Of a DNA stretch of 20,000 nt, positions 1 to 8,748 are shown piece by piece; the first letter of the stretch is position 1; each line of letters begins with the position of its first letter. This DNA is from an uncultured virus (IMG/VR IMGVR_UViG_3300026549_000073) (taxonomy: Duplodnaviria > Heunggongvirae > Uroviricota > Caudoviricetes > Schitoviridae). Where the stretch lies: IMG/VR virus record IMGVR_UViG_3300026549_000073; one strand, 5' to 3'. Made by a program: the position numbers and the translations under genes. The notes beneath the pieces were generated by a model. That model searched no databases. It was not told where the DNA came from and saw nothing but the letters and a program-made list of their open reading frames with translations.

Positions 1-1
1 T

Positions 2-3000
2 ATGAGCATCTTCACCATATAATTCATCTAGAGCATTATTTACTTCAGTAAATAACTCATTTAATCTTAAAGCTTCTTTATCTGTTAAACCATCTTTAGT
101 TAATAACTTCTCATTTAATTGAGCATACTCTTTAAAGATAGGATTAGAATCAAATAATTTATCTAATTGTTGTAATTTAGTTAATACTTGAGAATCATTA
201 AAGTTTTGTACTTTAACACCTAAACCTTGTAAAACCATACGGAACCAAAGATTACGTCTAGTTGTTTCTGTAGGTACTTTATAACTAATAGGAGATAAAG
301 ATTCACGTACTTCTTTATTATTTCTAGGAGACATATAATCACTAGAGTTCATACGTGATACAGAGGTCATTTCATGATTATAATAAAGACCTTTATCCTT
401 ACTATCTAATTGTTGGTTCCTAGTCTTAATATAAGCAACACCTCTTAATAATGCTTCTTTTTTAGATTTAATAGAATCAGTTACATGCTTATTAGAATAA
501 TCTGCTTTATCAATAGCTAATAAACAAGCATTTATATATGTTTGAGGATTAAGGATAGAAACTAACTTACCAAATGTAGTAACAGTATGCTTTTGTATTC
601 TATCTGCTTTAATAGCTTTCTGCTGTAAAGAAGTTAAAGGTGCTTCTGTATGATGGTTTAAGTGACCACTTAAAGGAGCATCATCTATTTGAGAAGCTTC
701 TTCATCTGTTAGAACCACTGAATCAAAAATATCTGAACCATTCTTTAATAATGCTTTATTAATATCATTAACAGTATCTAAATACATCTTAGTGTTATGT
801 GGCATATTAAAGAAACGAGACTTAGTTTCAGTATTAGTATTATCTATTATATCTACATTTATGTATCCTGCCTGTACTACATAATTACCTTGATTACCTG
901 TAAAGGTATTTAATTTAAACTCATCTAAAGTAGCAGGTCTAGCTTGCTTAGATGATGCTGGATTTGTAACAGAAGAGGATACTAAAGAAGCAGCTAAAGA
1001 GTTAGATGCACCATAAGCAAAAGATTCAGGAACATTATTATTATATAAAGCAGGAATAAAGGCTTTAATAGCTGAAGACATTGCTTGGTTTAAATTATTA
1101 GATGTAATGAAATTATGTTCATAATTTTTATCATCATCTAATATAACAGCTAAATCTTCATCATCAGCATTAACTCTAAGGTCTGCAAAATTATCATTTC
1201 CTTCTTTATATAAAGAACGTAAAGAACTATAAGTTCTTGTACCTGCAGATAGCATTGCATATACATATGCTAATTGAAGAGCTGATTCAATAGACTTACC
1301 ATTAATATCTTTAGCCCATTCTACTGTATGTAATGAAGTTAATCTGAAATAAGGAGCCAATGGACTCTTTAAGAAATCATAAGCAGTACCTGAATCCTGC
1401 ATTAAGTCATTAGCTTTAGCTAATAATGAATCAGTAATTTTAACTGCTTGGTTCTTAATTTTATCTAATACATGATTAGTATCCTGTTTTACAGGTTTAA
1501 TACTATTCATATTAGTATCTACAGTTTGTAGTATAGTAACTCTACCTTTTAACTGTGTATTAATCTTAGATACTAATTCTTCTTCAGATAAATCTGAATT
1601 ATTTAATAAATTATCTAATTCATCTGTTAATTGTATAGAGTCTAATTCTTTAGGTTTACCTTCAGAATCTACAAAAACCTTTAATTGCTCTTCTTTAGCT
1701 TTTTTAACCTCTTCAGATAATTCTGGAATAGAAGTTTGACCAGCAGAACTTTCATCATCTTCTTGAGATTGTTCTACTATTTCATTGTTATATTGAAGCT
1801 CTAATGGAGCAAAACGATTAATAAGCTCTAGCATATAATCAGGAATAGGTAAACCTTGCTGATACATATCTAAAGCATGTTTAACTGCTTTATCTTTTAA
1901 ATCTTTTATAGATTCAATTTTAGTAGTGGTTCTATCCATCTTACTAAAATAAACATTTAATAATGGAACCAATATTGATTCAAACTCTTCTGTAGGGAAA
2001 GCAGTATTAGCAGGGTAGTTACGTTCAGCAACACTTAATGCTCTTAGTATTCTAGCTACTTTAGTTAAAGGTAATTTAGCAAAGTCCTCTTTTGTTTGAT
2101 TCCTATATGTATTTATTAGATTATTTAAAGTATCTATAGGAGAAACAAAAGTTTCAGCAGGACTTACATTATTAATATTATTAGCAGGTACTTCTTGAGG
2201 TTGTTGATTCTGCTGTACTTGTTGTACCGGTTTAGATTCAACTGGTTTATTAACAGGCTTATCAACAGGTTTTTGTTCTTGCTGTACTCTATTTTGAGTA
2301 TTAGTAGAATAATACCTATTTATAAATTCTGAATGACTTAGAGAATTATTAAATTCATTAGCTACATCTTGTGCTGTTTGCTGTGCTGATACTATTTCAG
2401 CTAATTTATTATAAAAATCATCACCTGCTAAATGGAATAATTCAGGATGATTATATAAATTAACAACATGAGTTAATGCTTTAGGATTATTTTGATTCTG
2501 ATACTGTACAGCATTTATAGTTTGTGCTATAGGTCCATTTATACCTTTAGAGCTATTAGGAACCATAGCAATAACTAAATTCATTGGTTCATCTTTAAAA
2601 CCTGTACCTAATACTGAATACCTATCATTAGCTTTTTGCTTAAACTCTTCTTTAGATGCTTTTCGATTTTTAGGTAATAAATAAGTAGGGTTCATTATTC
2701 TAGAAGATTTAGAGGTTTTATCTCTAAACTTTGCTGTAGATGCAGCTCCTATTGCTGCATTTTTTGCTATACCTGAAACTGTAGTGGTATGTAAGGTTCC
2801 TCCTGCAAGACTCAAATCAGAACCAATGTGCATCATTTCTTGTCCTAATGAAGCACCTAGTTGATTATTAACTTTACCTGTAATGTTATCTAGGTTTTGA
2901 TATCCTATTACAGAATAATTAAAGTTTGGACCTTTAACACCTAAAGAATTACGAAGTTTTTGCTTTGCTTCTGTAGAAGAGTTCCAATTAGATACATTAG

Positions 3001-6000
3001 AAGGAGACAATAAAGAGCGCATTAATGAAGCAGCAGTTTGACCTACTAATATATTTTGTTGTTTAGCATCTGCTTCGCTCATCTTAGCAACATTAGTTGA
3101 AATGTCTCTAGGAACCAATAACACTTTTGACAGTGTTTTCTTAGGGTTTATTTGAAATAAATCAGATAATTTAAAAATAATCTGTTTTTCAGTTATAGCA
3201 TTACCTAAAGCTTCATAATTAGCTTCTGTTGGGTCTGCTAAAGCAGACATTAAATGTGTCATTACTTTATAAGCTTGTAAACCTGTTTTAAAACCTGTAG
3301 AGTTTTTAGAAGTCCATTCAGTATGAGGATTTAAAACAATTTCTCTATTATTTAGATATACTTTAACAGGTTTAAAAGCAGTAACAGGATGCTTATAGGT
3401 TGTTGCTCCTGTTCTAGCTCTAGTAGGAGTTACTTGGGTATTTTCTTGTATAGCCTGTTTATTTTCAGCAGACATACCTGATACAACTTTTGAATTATTA
3501 ACATACTGCTGTTGTGGTTTATTATTAGTAACAGTAGTGGTATTAGTAGGTTGCTGTGATTGTTGAACTACAGACTGTTCAGCTGAACCAGTAGTTTGTA
3601 AAGGTTTTACTGAATCCTCAGGTAGCATATATTTAACAGCACCTGATAAAATATTATAAGATGACTTCATTAAGTCATTTTCAGCTTTTAATTTAGCTAA
3701 AAATCCATATGAATGACCATCAAAATAGTTAGATGATTTCTTACCATTAATAAATACAGGTTGTTGTACTTTAGTTTGTTCATATGCTTTAGAAGCTTCT
3801 TCCATGCCTAATACTTTAGCATCTTGTGAATTAATATAATGATGTAAATCAGCTAAATGCTTTTGTAGAGAAGCTGCTTTATCAGCATCTTCAGCATTAG
3901 AAGACATAATCTGCATAGCTTTAACAAAGTAACCTTTTAAAGATAACTGTTCATTACCAAACATATCTTTACCATCATTAAGCATCTTACTTAATAATGT
4001 TTTTTGCTCTGTATTAGAAGCTTGTGCATAGTCCTTATAGTAAGATTTATTAGTATTAACCCAATGTTCAATATTATTTACTTGGTTCTGTAATACAGCA
4101 TTAAATTGTCTATAAGCTTGTAACTTATCATTAATAGCCTGTACTCTAGGGTCATGTGCAAATGAAGGGGTATCATCTAAATCTGTTACTACTTTCTGTA
4201 AGGTATTTATTTCATTGGTTATATCTTCATTATTCTTAAGTTTATTTTGAATATTTGAATCAATAACTAAATCTACTAAAGCATAAGATTTTAAAAGATT
4301 TTGCTTATCTTCTTCAGAATTGTTTTCATTATTGATATCTTTTAATAATCTATTTCTATATTCAGGGGAATTATCAATTAACTCTCTAGCTTTTTTATTA
4401 AAAGAATACTGTAATAATGCTTTTTCATTAGAAGATAGATTAGATTTAACAATCTTATCATTAAGATTATTAGTAATACCTCCTAAGCTACCTATAATCT
4501 CTGTTAGCTTATCATAGGCAGCATCTTTAGCTTCTTTTGTACTATCCTTACTATTTAAAATATCTGCTTCTTTTTTAGCAGCATCATGCATTATATGAAT
4601 TTGCTGATGAACACTCTTAACATTAGGATTTGTAAGTTGTTCTTTAAATTCAGGACTAAAAGATACATCTGGATTATTAATAAAGGTCTTATCTAATTCA
4701 GCATCTCTTTGAATAATATTCTGTACTTCAGGCTTTAATTTATCAAAAGCTTTAGTATCCTTCTTAATATCTCCTGTTGGTTCTATAACCTGTTTAATTG
4801 CTTTTTCAGAACCATGCTCTTTAATAGCATTAGAAGCTAATATACCTGCTGTAGCACCTGCTGCTGTACCTAATTTAGCAGTTCCTAAAGCTGCTTTAGT
4901 AGCAAGAGCACCTGTCTTAGTAGCAGCCATACCTGCAGGAATACCAAAGGCATTTTCAGCAATAGACTCACCTAAACCTTCTGTTAAATCTTTATCATTA
5001 TCTATACGCTTCTCAGATATATTACCACCAACAGTTTCACCAATACCTTGACCGATTTCTTCAGCAGTCTCTTTAAAGGTATCAGCAGCCATACGTGTAG
5101 GCTTAGTTCTAAGTAATCCTTGAATACCTTTACCTTCTAACTTAGCAGTACCCATAATCTTAGATATAGCAGCTTCCCAAGCACCTACACCTAAACGAGT
5201 AGTACGTTCTATAGAATCACGAATATCAGCTATAGCTTTAGCACTAGCATCTTCAGGAGATAAACCCTTATTTAAGTATTCTTGTTTTTTAGCTTTATAC
5301 TCTTTAGAGTTTTGTAGGTCAGCTTCACTTAGATTTTCTAAGTGCATATTTTTAACAGAATCAGCACCTGCATCAGCACCATAGGCAAAATTAATACCTA
5401 CACCACCTACTTCTTCACCTACTTTATTAGCTTTAGCCTCTATCTGTTTATTAAGCTTAGCTTCTATTTCAGGTATATTTTGTTTAAATCTATCAAAATC
5501 AGATTCTGTTTTAGTTAATTTACCTTCTGCTTCATTTGCTTTGGTTACTGCTTCTGCATACTGTTTTTGAGCTGTATTATACTTAGCTTCTTGTACAGGT
5601 TTTTGGCTAGCTGTAGTAGTAATATTATAATTTGTATCAGCCAGTACTTTATTGTTAGTATCTTTATAATTAACTAATCTATCAAAGTTATTATTAAGTG
5701 TTTTAGCCTCTGTATCTAATACTTCTTTAGAAGGTATAGATAAAGCTTCATTATCTACTTGGTTCTCTATATAACCCTGTCTAGCTTTATTTAAGTCTTG
5801 TGCTTGCATAACAGCTTGTTGCTGTTCTGCTAGAGCTGCTTGGTCAGCTAGGATACCTTCTTTTTGAGCACTTAGTTTAGCTACATCTGCATCTATCTTT
5901 TGTATAGTAGCAGTAGCTTCATCCATGCTAATTTTACCTGCTTGAGCAGCAGCTTGAGCTTCTGCTCTAACTTGTGATAATTCAGCTATAGTTTTTTCAT

Positions 6001-6649
6001 AAGCGGCTGCTTTACCTGCAATAGTTTTAGCTGCATTAGCAGCCATAATACCTTTAGCACCTAAAGAGGCAGCTTTACCTAATAAACCACCACCTATAAA
6101 TGAACCAACTAAAGAACCAGCAGATTCAGCTGTAACCATACCTAAATCATTACTGTTAAAGAAATTAACAGCATCTCTACCAATTTTAGCCAATGAAGCC
6201 TCAGTTTGAGACTTACCATTAGCTAAATCATTTTGATACTGAGCTTGGCTCTTAGCTTGTAACCATGCTCCTGTATTAGCTTTTAATTCTTGTCTATGCT
6301 GACTATCAGAAGAAGTTAAACTTCTTAATCCTCGTGCTACATTACCTAGAGTAGCATCAGCTGCTCGTTCACCAGCTTCACCTCCTAATGCTCCTAATGA
6401 ACCAACAGCATCAGCAGCAGCTGCTATACCATTAAGTGCATAATCCTGTACATGGTTATCCATACCAATATAACGTTGCATGTTTTGTGCTTGTTGTACA
6501 GCATCAATAGCTTGCTGAGTATTTGAATTAGCATTAGCTATTTGTGCTCTAGCTAAATCACTAATTAAAGGTCCTTGTACAGGAGTAGGGGTTATAGAAT
6601 TAGAAGGGTTATTAGAAAGGGAATTTACTAAATTATCAAAAGAAGCCAT
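2..6649 (-). CDS. N4-like virion-encapsidated RNA polymerase (vRNAP, N4 gp50 homolog), 3'-truncated by the window edge; 2216 codons visible
   Basis: Hand translation from ATG 6649 (GAGGA RBS at 6654-6658) gives MASFDNLVNSLS... with no in-frame stop down to base 2. Blocks resemble N4 vRNAP as recalled: EASLAKIGRDAV ~ VASLSKFGRDFV; KETAEEIGQG...IDNDKDLTEGLG ~ RETVEEGVQG...IDKNQDLLKGVG; NNNVPESFAYGASNSLAASLV ~ NPNAPLGYTKGIPTAMAAEIL; YYNHEMTSVSRM...SPRNNKEVRESLSP ~ HYAYNMTRVGRM...NPQSAKLVREAILP. It sits directly after the gp51-like gene. Catalytic motifs A/B/C should lie beyond the window edge. Confidence 0.95.
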   Translation of the reverse strand, partial: MASFDNLVNSLSNNPSNSITPTPVQGPLISDLARAQIANANSNTQQAIDAVQQAQNMQRYIGMDNHVQDYALNGIAAAADAVGSLGALGGEAGERAADATLGNVARGLRSLTSSDSQHRQELKANTGAWLQAKSQAQYQNDLANGKSQTEASLAKIGRDAVNFFNSNDLGMVTAESAGSLVGSFIGGGLLGKAASLGAKGIMAANAAKTIAGKAAAYEKTIAELSQVRAEAQAAAQAGKISMDEATATIQKIDADVAKLSAQKEGILADQAALAEQQQAVMQAQDLNKARQGYIENQVDNEALSIPSKEVLDTEAKTLNNNFDRLVNYKDTNNKVLADTNYNITTTASQKPVQEAKYNTAQKQYAEAVTKANEAEGKLTKTESDFDRFKQNIPEIEAKLNKQIEAKANKVGEEVGGVGINFAYGADAGADSVKNMHLENLSEADLQNSKEYKAKKQEYLNKGLSPEDASAKAIADIRDSIERTTRLGVGAWEAAISKIMGTAKLEGKGIQGLLRTKPTRMAADTFKETAEEIGQGIGETVGGNISEKRIDNDKDLTEGLGESIAENAFGIPAGMAATKTGALATKAALGTAKLGTAAGATAGILASNAIKEHGSEKAIKQVIEPTGDIKKDTKAFDKLKPEVQNIIQRDAELDKTFINNPDVSFSPEFKEQLTNPNVKSVHQQIHIMHDAAKKEADILNSKDSTKEAKDAAYDKLTEIIGSLGGITNNLNDKIVKSNLSSNEKALLQYSFNKKARELIDNSPEYRNRLLKDINNENNSEEDKQNLLKSYALVDLVIDSNIQNKLKNNEDITNEINTLQKVVTDLDDTPSFAHDPRVQAINDKLQAYRQFNAVLQNQVNNIEHWVNTNKSYYKDYAQASNTEQKTLLSKMLNDGKDMFGNEQLSLKGYFVKAMQIMSSNAEDADKAASLQKHLADLHHYINSQDAKVLGMEEASKAYEQTKVQQPVFINGKKSSNYFDGHSYGFLAKLKAENDLMKSSYNILSGAVKYMLPEDSVKPLQTTGSAEQSVVQQSQQPTNTTTVTNNKPQQQYVNNSKVVSGMSAENKQAIQENTQVTPTRARTGATTYKHPVTAFKPVKVYLNNREIVLNPHTEWTSKNSTGFKTGLQAYKVMTHLMSALADPTEANYEALGNAITEKQIIFKLSDLFQINPKKTLSKVLLVPRDISTNVAKMSEADAKQQNILVGQTAASLMRSLLSPSNVSNWNSSTEAKQKLRNSLGVKGPNFNYSVIGYQNLDNITGKVNNQLGASLGQEMMHIGSDLSLAGGTLHTTTVSGIAKNAAIGAASTAKFRDKTSKSSRIMNPTYLLPKNRKASKEEFKQKANDRYSVLGTGFKDEPMNLVIAMVPNSSKGINGPIAQTINAVQYQNQNNPKALTHVVNLYNHPELFHLAGDDFYNKLAEIVSAQQTAQDVANEFNNSLSHSEFINRYYSTNTQNRVQQEQKPVDKPVNKPVESKPVQQVQQNQQPQEVPANNINNVSPAETFVSPIDTLNNLINTYRNQTKEDFAKLPLTKVARILRALSVAERNYPANTAFPTEEFESILVPLLNVYFSKMDRTTTKIESIKDLKDKAVKHALDMYQQGLPIPDYMLELINRFAPLELQYNNEIVEQSQEDDESSAGQTSIPELSEEVKKAKEEQLKVFVDSEGKPKELDSIQLTDELDNLLNNSDLSEEELVSKINTQLKGRVTILQTVDTNMNSIKPVKQDTNHVLDKIKNQAVKITDSLLAKANDLMQDSGTAYDFLKSPLAPYFRLTSLHTVEWAKDINGKSIESALQLAYVYAMLSAGTRTYSSLRSLYKEGNDNFADLRVNADDEDLAVILDDDKNYEHNFITSNNLNQAMSSAIKAFIPALYNNNVPESFAYGASNSLAASLVSSSVTNPASSKQARPATLDEFKLNTFTGNQGNYVVQAGYINVDIIDNTNTETKSRFFNMPHNTKMYLDTVNDINKALLKNGSDIFDSVVLTDEEASQIDDAPLSGHLNHHTEAPLTSLQQKAIKADRIQKHTVTTFGKLVSILNPQTYINACLLAIDKADYSNKHVTDSIKSKKEALLRGVAYIKTRNQQLDSKDKGLYYNHEMTSVSRMNSSDYMSPRNNKEVRESLSPISYKVPTETTRRNLWFRMVLQGLGVKVQNFNDSQVLTKLQQLDKLFDSNPIFKEYAQLNEKLLTKDGLTDKEALRLNELFTEVNNALDELYGEDAH
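2225..2272 (-). repeat. Short KPV(D/N/E/Q) tandem repeat in a Q/P-rich linker of the vRNAP
   Basis: Translation QKPVDKPVNKPVESKPVQQVQQNQQPQ. Confidence 0.75.
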
Positions 6650-6660
6650 AGTATCCTCAT

Positions 6661-6708
6661 AATAAAAATGGTAGTACATACTACTGCATATACTACCATT
6701 GTTTTATT
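6661..6708 (-). terminator. Intrinsic terminator/attenuator hairpin between the gp51-like gene and the vRNAP
   Basis: Minus strand AATGGTAGTA-TATGC-(AGTA)-GTATG-TACTACCATT-TTTATT: 10 perfect bp plus 5 bp with two G:U wobbles, then a U-rich tail just before the vRNAP RBS. Confidence 0.7.
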
Positions 6709-6718
6709 AAGAGTAAAA

Positions 6719-8740
6719 TTAATTACTTGTAGATTGAGGAGAAGATATTAAAGGAACTTCTTTAGAATAAGTCCATTGTAGCTGTTGTTGCAGCTTTTGA
6801 ACCTCTGTTTTATTATTAGCTGCCTTAGCATTAAATATTTTACGTAATAATTCATTACGTTTACGCATAGTACCTAAAGTACTTAATCTAGTTAGTATAC
6901 CCGGAGCTTTAGCTTCCGTATCCATTGCAACTTTTACAGCATCTGTAAAATCAGAATCCCACCAATCTGGTGTAAAAGTCTTACTCTTAAACTTACCACC
7001 ATCTATTAACATTTGAATAGCTATACGAGCTGCAGCATCAGTAGCACCTAATTCTTTAGCTTTGTTAAGAGCAGCTGTGTACTTTTCTCTAAATTTAGGT
7101 ATATTATCATTATAACCTAATTGTTTAGCTAACTGTTCTTCTGACTGACCATAATCTTTAGCAGAGGCATTTAAAGCAGATTTTAAAGGGTCAAAGTTAT
7201 CTTTAGCATTACCTACCTTAGCTAATACACTATCATAGTTTTTAACTATAGCATCTATTTGATTTTGATATACAGTATCAGCAGCATCAACTTGAGCACG
7301 TATAAAAGTACTATCTGCTGGAGTTAAAGCAGTAGGGTCTATATTAAATGCTACTTTTTTTGCTAAATTATTATTATTCTGTAAGAATGTACTATCATTA
7401 ACCCTTTGATTATATTGGTCTTTAGCAGCATTAATACCACCCATAAAATCATTAACAACATTTTGTTCAGCTTCTGTTTTAGCTGTACTTTCAATACCAG
7501 AACCAGAATCAGTAAATTTAATAAATTTAAGTAAGCTTCCTTTATCAACTGGTTCTGGTTCACCGGTTATGCTTCGTTTTATCATGCCAAATAAACCAGC
7601 AGCACCTGCTGTTGTATCTGAAGATTTAACAGTAGTACGAATAGTATCATTTAATGATTGATTTAAAAAATCATTAAAATCTTGAGCAGTAGCTTTAGGA
7701 TTTTTAGATAAATTAGCAAGCTTAGCTTCACCTTCTTTAGTTAAAACAGCTCCACTCTGTTTAAGGGCTTGTCTAATAGTCTGTGCTCTAGCAGCACTAA
7801 GAACAGCTCCTCCTTTTGCCATACCACGAGCAAGAGAAAGGTCTTCTGAACCATTATCTGTAAAATTAGTAGCATTATCTAAGGATTTATTTTCAGTATT
7901 AACAGATATATCTGCATATGGTTCTAAGTTTTTACCTTTATCATAAATATTACCCTGTGTAATATAAGGCAAATATTCAGGAGCAAGTTTAGCAACATAA
8001 AGACTAGGATTTTTAATACCTTTAGCAGCAGCTATTTTATTTAAAGTATCTTTAAATATAGCACCATAAGTAGAAGACCTAGGGTCTTCACCACTATCTG
8101 CCATAGCGGCTCTAGTTTCAGCTATTAAATCAGACCCTGTTAAAGCTTCTTGTGCTAACTTCATTCTCTGAGCTCTTTCAGCCATACCTTGACGAGTATT
8201 AGCCATATTCAATCTAGTATTATCTTCATCTAATAAAGTCTTATTTAAGTCAGGAGCTTTAAAATACTTTAAAGCTATATCAGATAGTACAGCATTAGCA
8301 TTATCTAAAGATTGGTTATAACCTTGTTTATCCCTCTTTAGATACATAGTATTAACTAAGTTAGACTGTTTTGCTGCTTCATTCTGACCTTGCCAATCCT
8401 TAGCTGCTCTATCTTCTTGTGCTTTCTGAGTATTAGAGTATGTATCATATCTAGAATTTTGAAACATGTTACTTAAAGTATCAGCAGTAACAAAAGGATT
8501 AGCAACAGCTGCTGCACTAGCTCTAGCTTCATCAGGTGTAGCACCATTAGCTAAAGCCTTCTGATAAGCCTGTAATAAGGCTGCATTAGCACTATTTTGT
8601 TGATTGGTTCTAATAGTATCTATAGCAGTATTAAGCATATTTGATGCTCTAGCTTGATTCTGTATAGCTGTATCCCATAAATTAGAACCATCACCTATAT
8701 TAGAATGTATAGGTGACCACATAGGTAAAAATCCCGCCAT
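6719..8740 (-). CDS. Internal virion/ejection protein (N4 gp51-like position; putative periplasmic tunnel)
   Basis: 673 aa, Ala/Asn/Gln-rich, no Cys, GGAGG RBS, immediately upstream of the vRNAP. Assigned mainly by synteny. Confidence 0.7.
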   Translation of the reverse strand: MAGFLPMWSPIHSNIGDGSNLWDTAIQNQARASNMLNTAIDTIRTNQQNSANAALLQAYQKALANGATPDEARASAAAVANPFVTADTLSNMFQNSRYDTYSNTQKAQEDRAAKDWQGQNEAAKQSNLVNTMYLKRDKQGYNQSLDNANAVLSDIALKYFKAPDLNKTLLDEDNTRLNMANTRQGMAERAQRMKLAQEALTGSDLIAETRAAMADSGEDPRSSTYGAIFKDTLNKIAAAKGIKNPSLYVAKLAPEYLPYITQGNIYDKGKNLEPYADISVNTENKSLDNATNFTDNGSEDLSLARGMAKGGAVLSAARAQTIRQALKQSGAVLTKEGEAKLANLSKNPKATAQDFNDFLNQSLNDTIRTTVKSSDTTAGAAGLFGMIKRSITGEPEPVDKGSLLKFIKFTDSGSGIESTAKTEAEQNVVNDFMGGINAAKDQYNQRVNDSTFLQNNNNLAKKVAFNIDPTALTPADSTFIRAQVDAADTVYQNQIDAIVKNYDSVLAKVGNAKDNFDPLKSALNASAKDYGQSEEQLAKQLGYNDNIPKFREKYTAALNKAKELGATDAAARIAIQMLIDGGKFKSKTFTPDWWDSDFTDAVKVAMDTEAKAPGILTRLSTLGTMRKRNELLRKIFNAKAANNKTEVQKLQQQLQWTYSKEVPLISSPQSTSN

Positions 8741-8748
8741 ATTACCTC

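Noticed and set aside
4320..4517. 65-aa plus-strand ORF
   Set aside because: Antisense shadow of the vRNAP gene; TTG start and no recognisable features.
1..6649. Apparent 6.6-kb gene desert in the ORF track, suggesting non-coding DNA or stop-codon recoding
   Set aside because: It is one uninterrupted standard-code ORF that runs off the window edge. TAA, TAG and TGA all end normal genes elsewhere in the window.
7363..7563. 66-aa alternate-frame minus ORF with a hydrophobic look
   Set aside because: Nested in the 673-aa gene; Leu/Met richness is the usual off-frame artefact of AT-rich codons, and there is no lipobox or supporting context.
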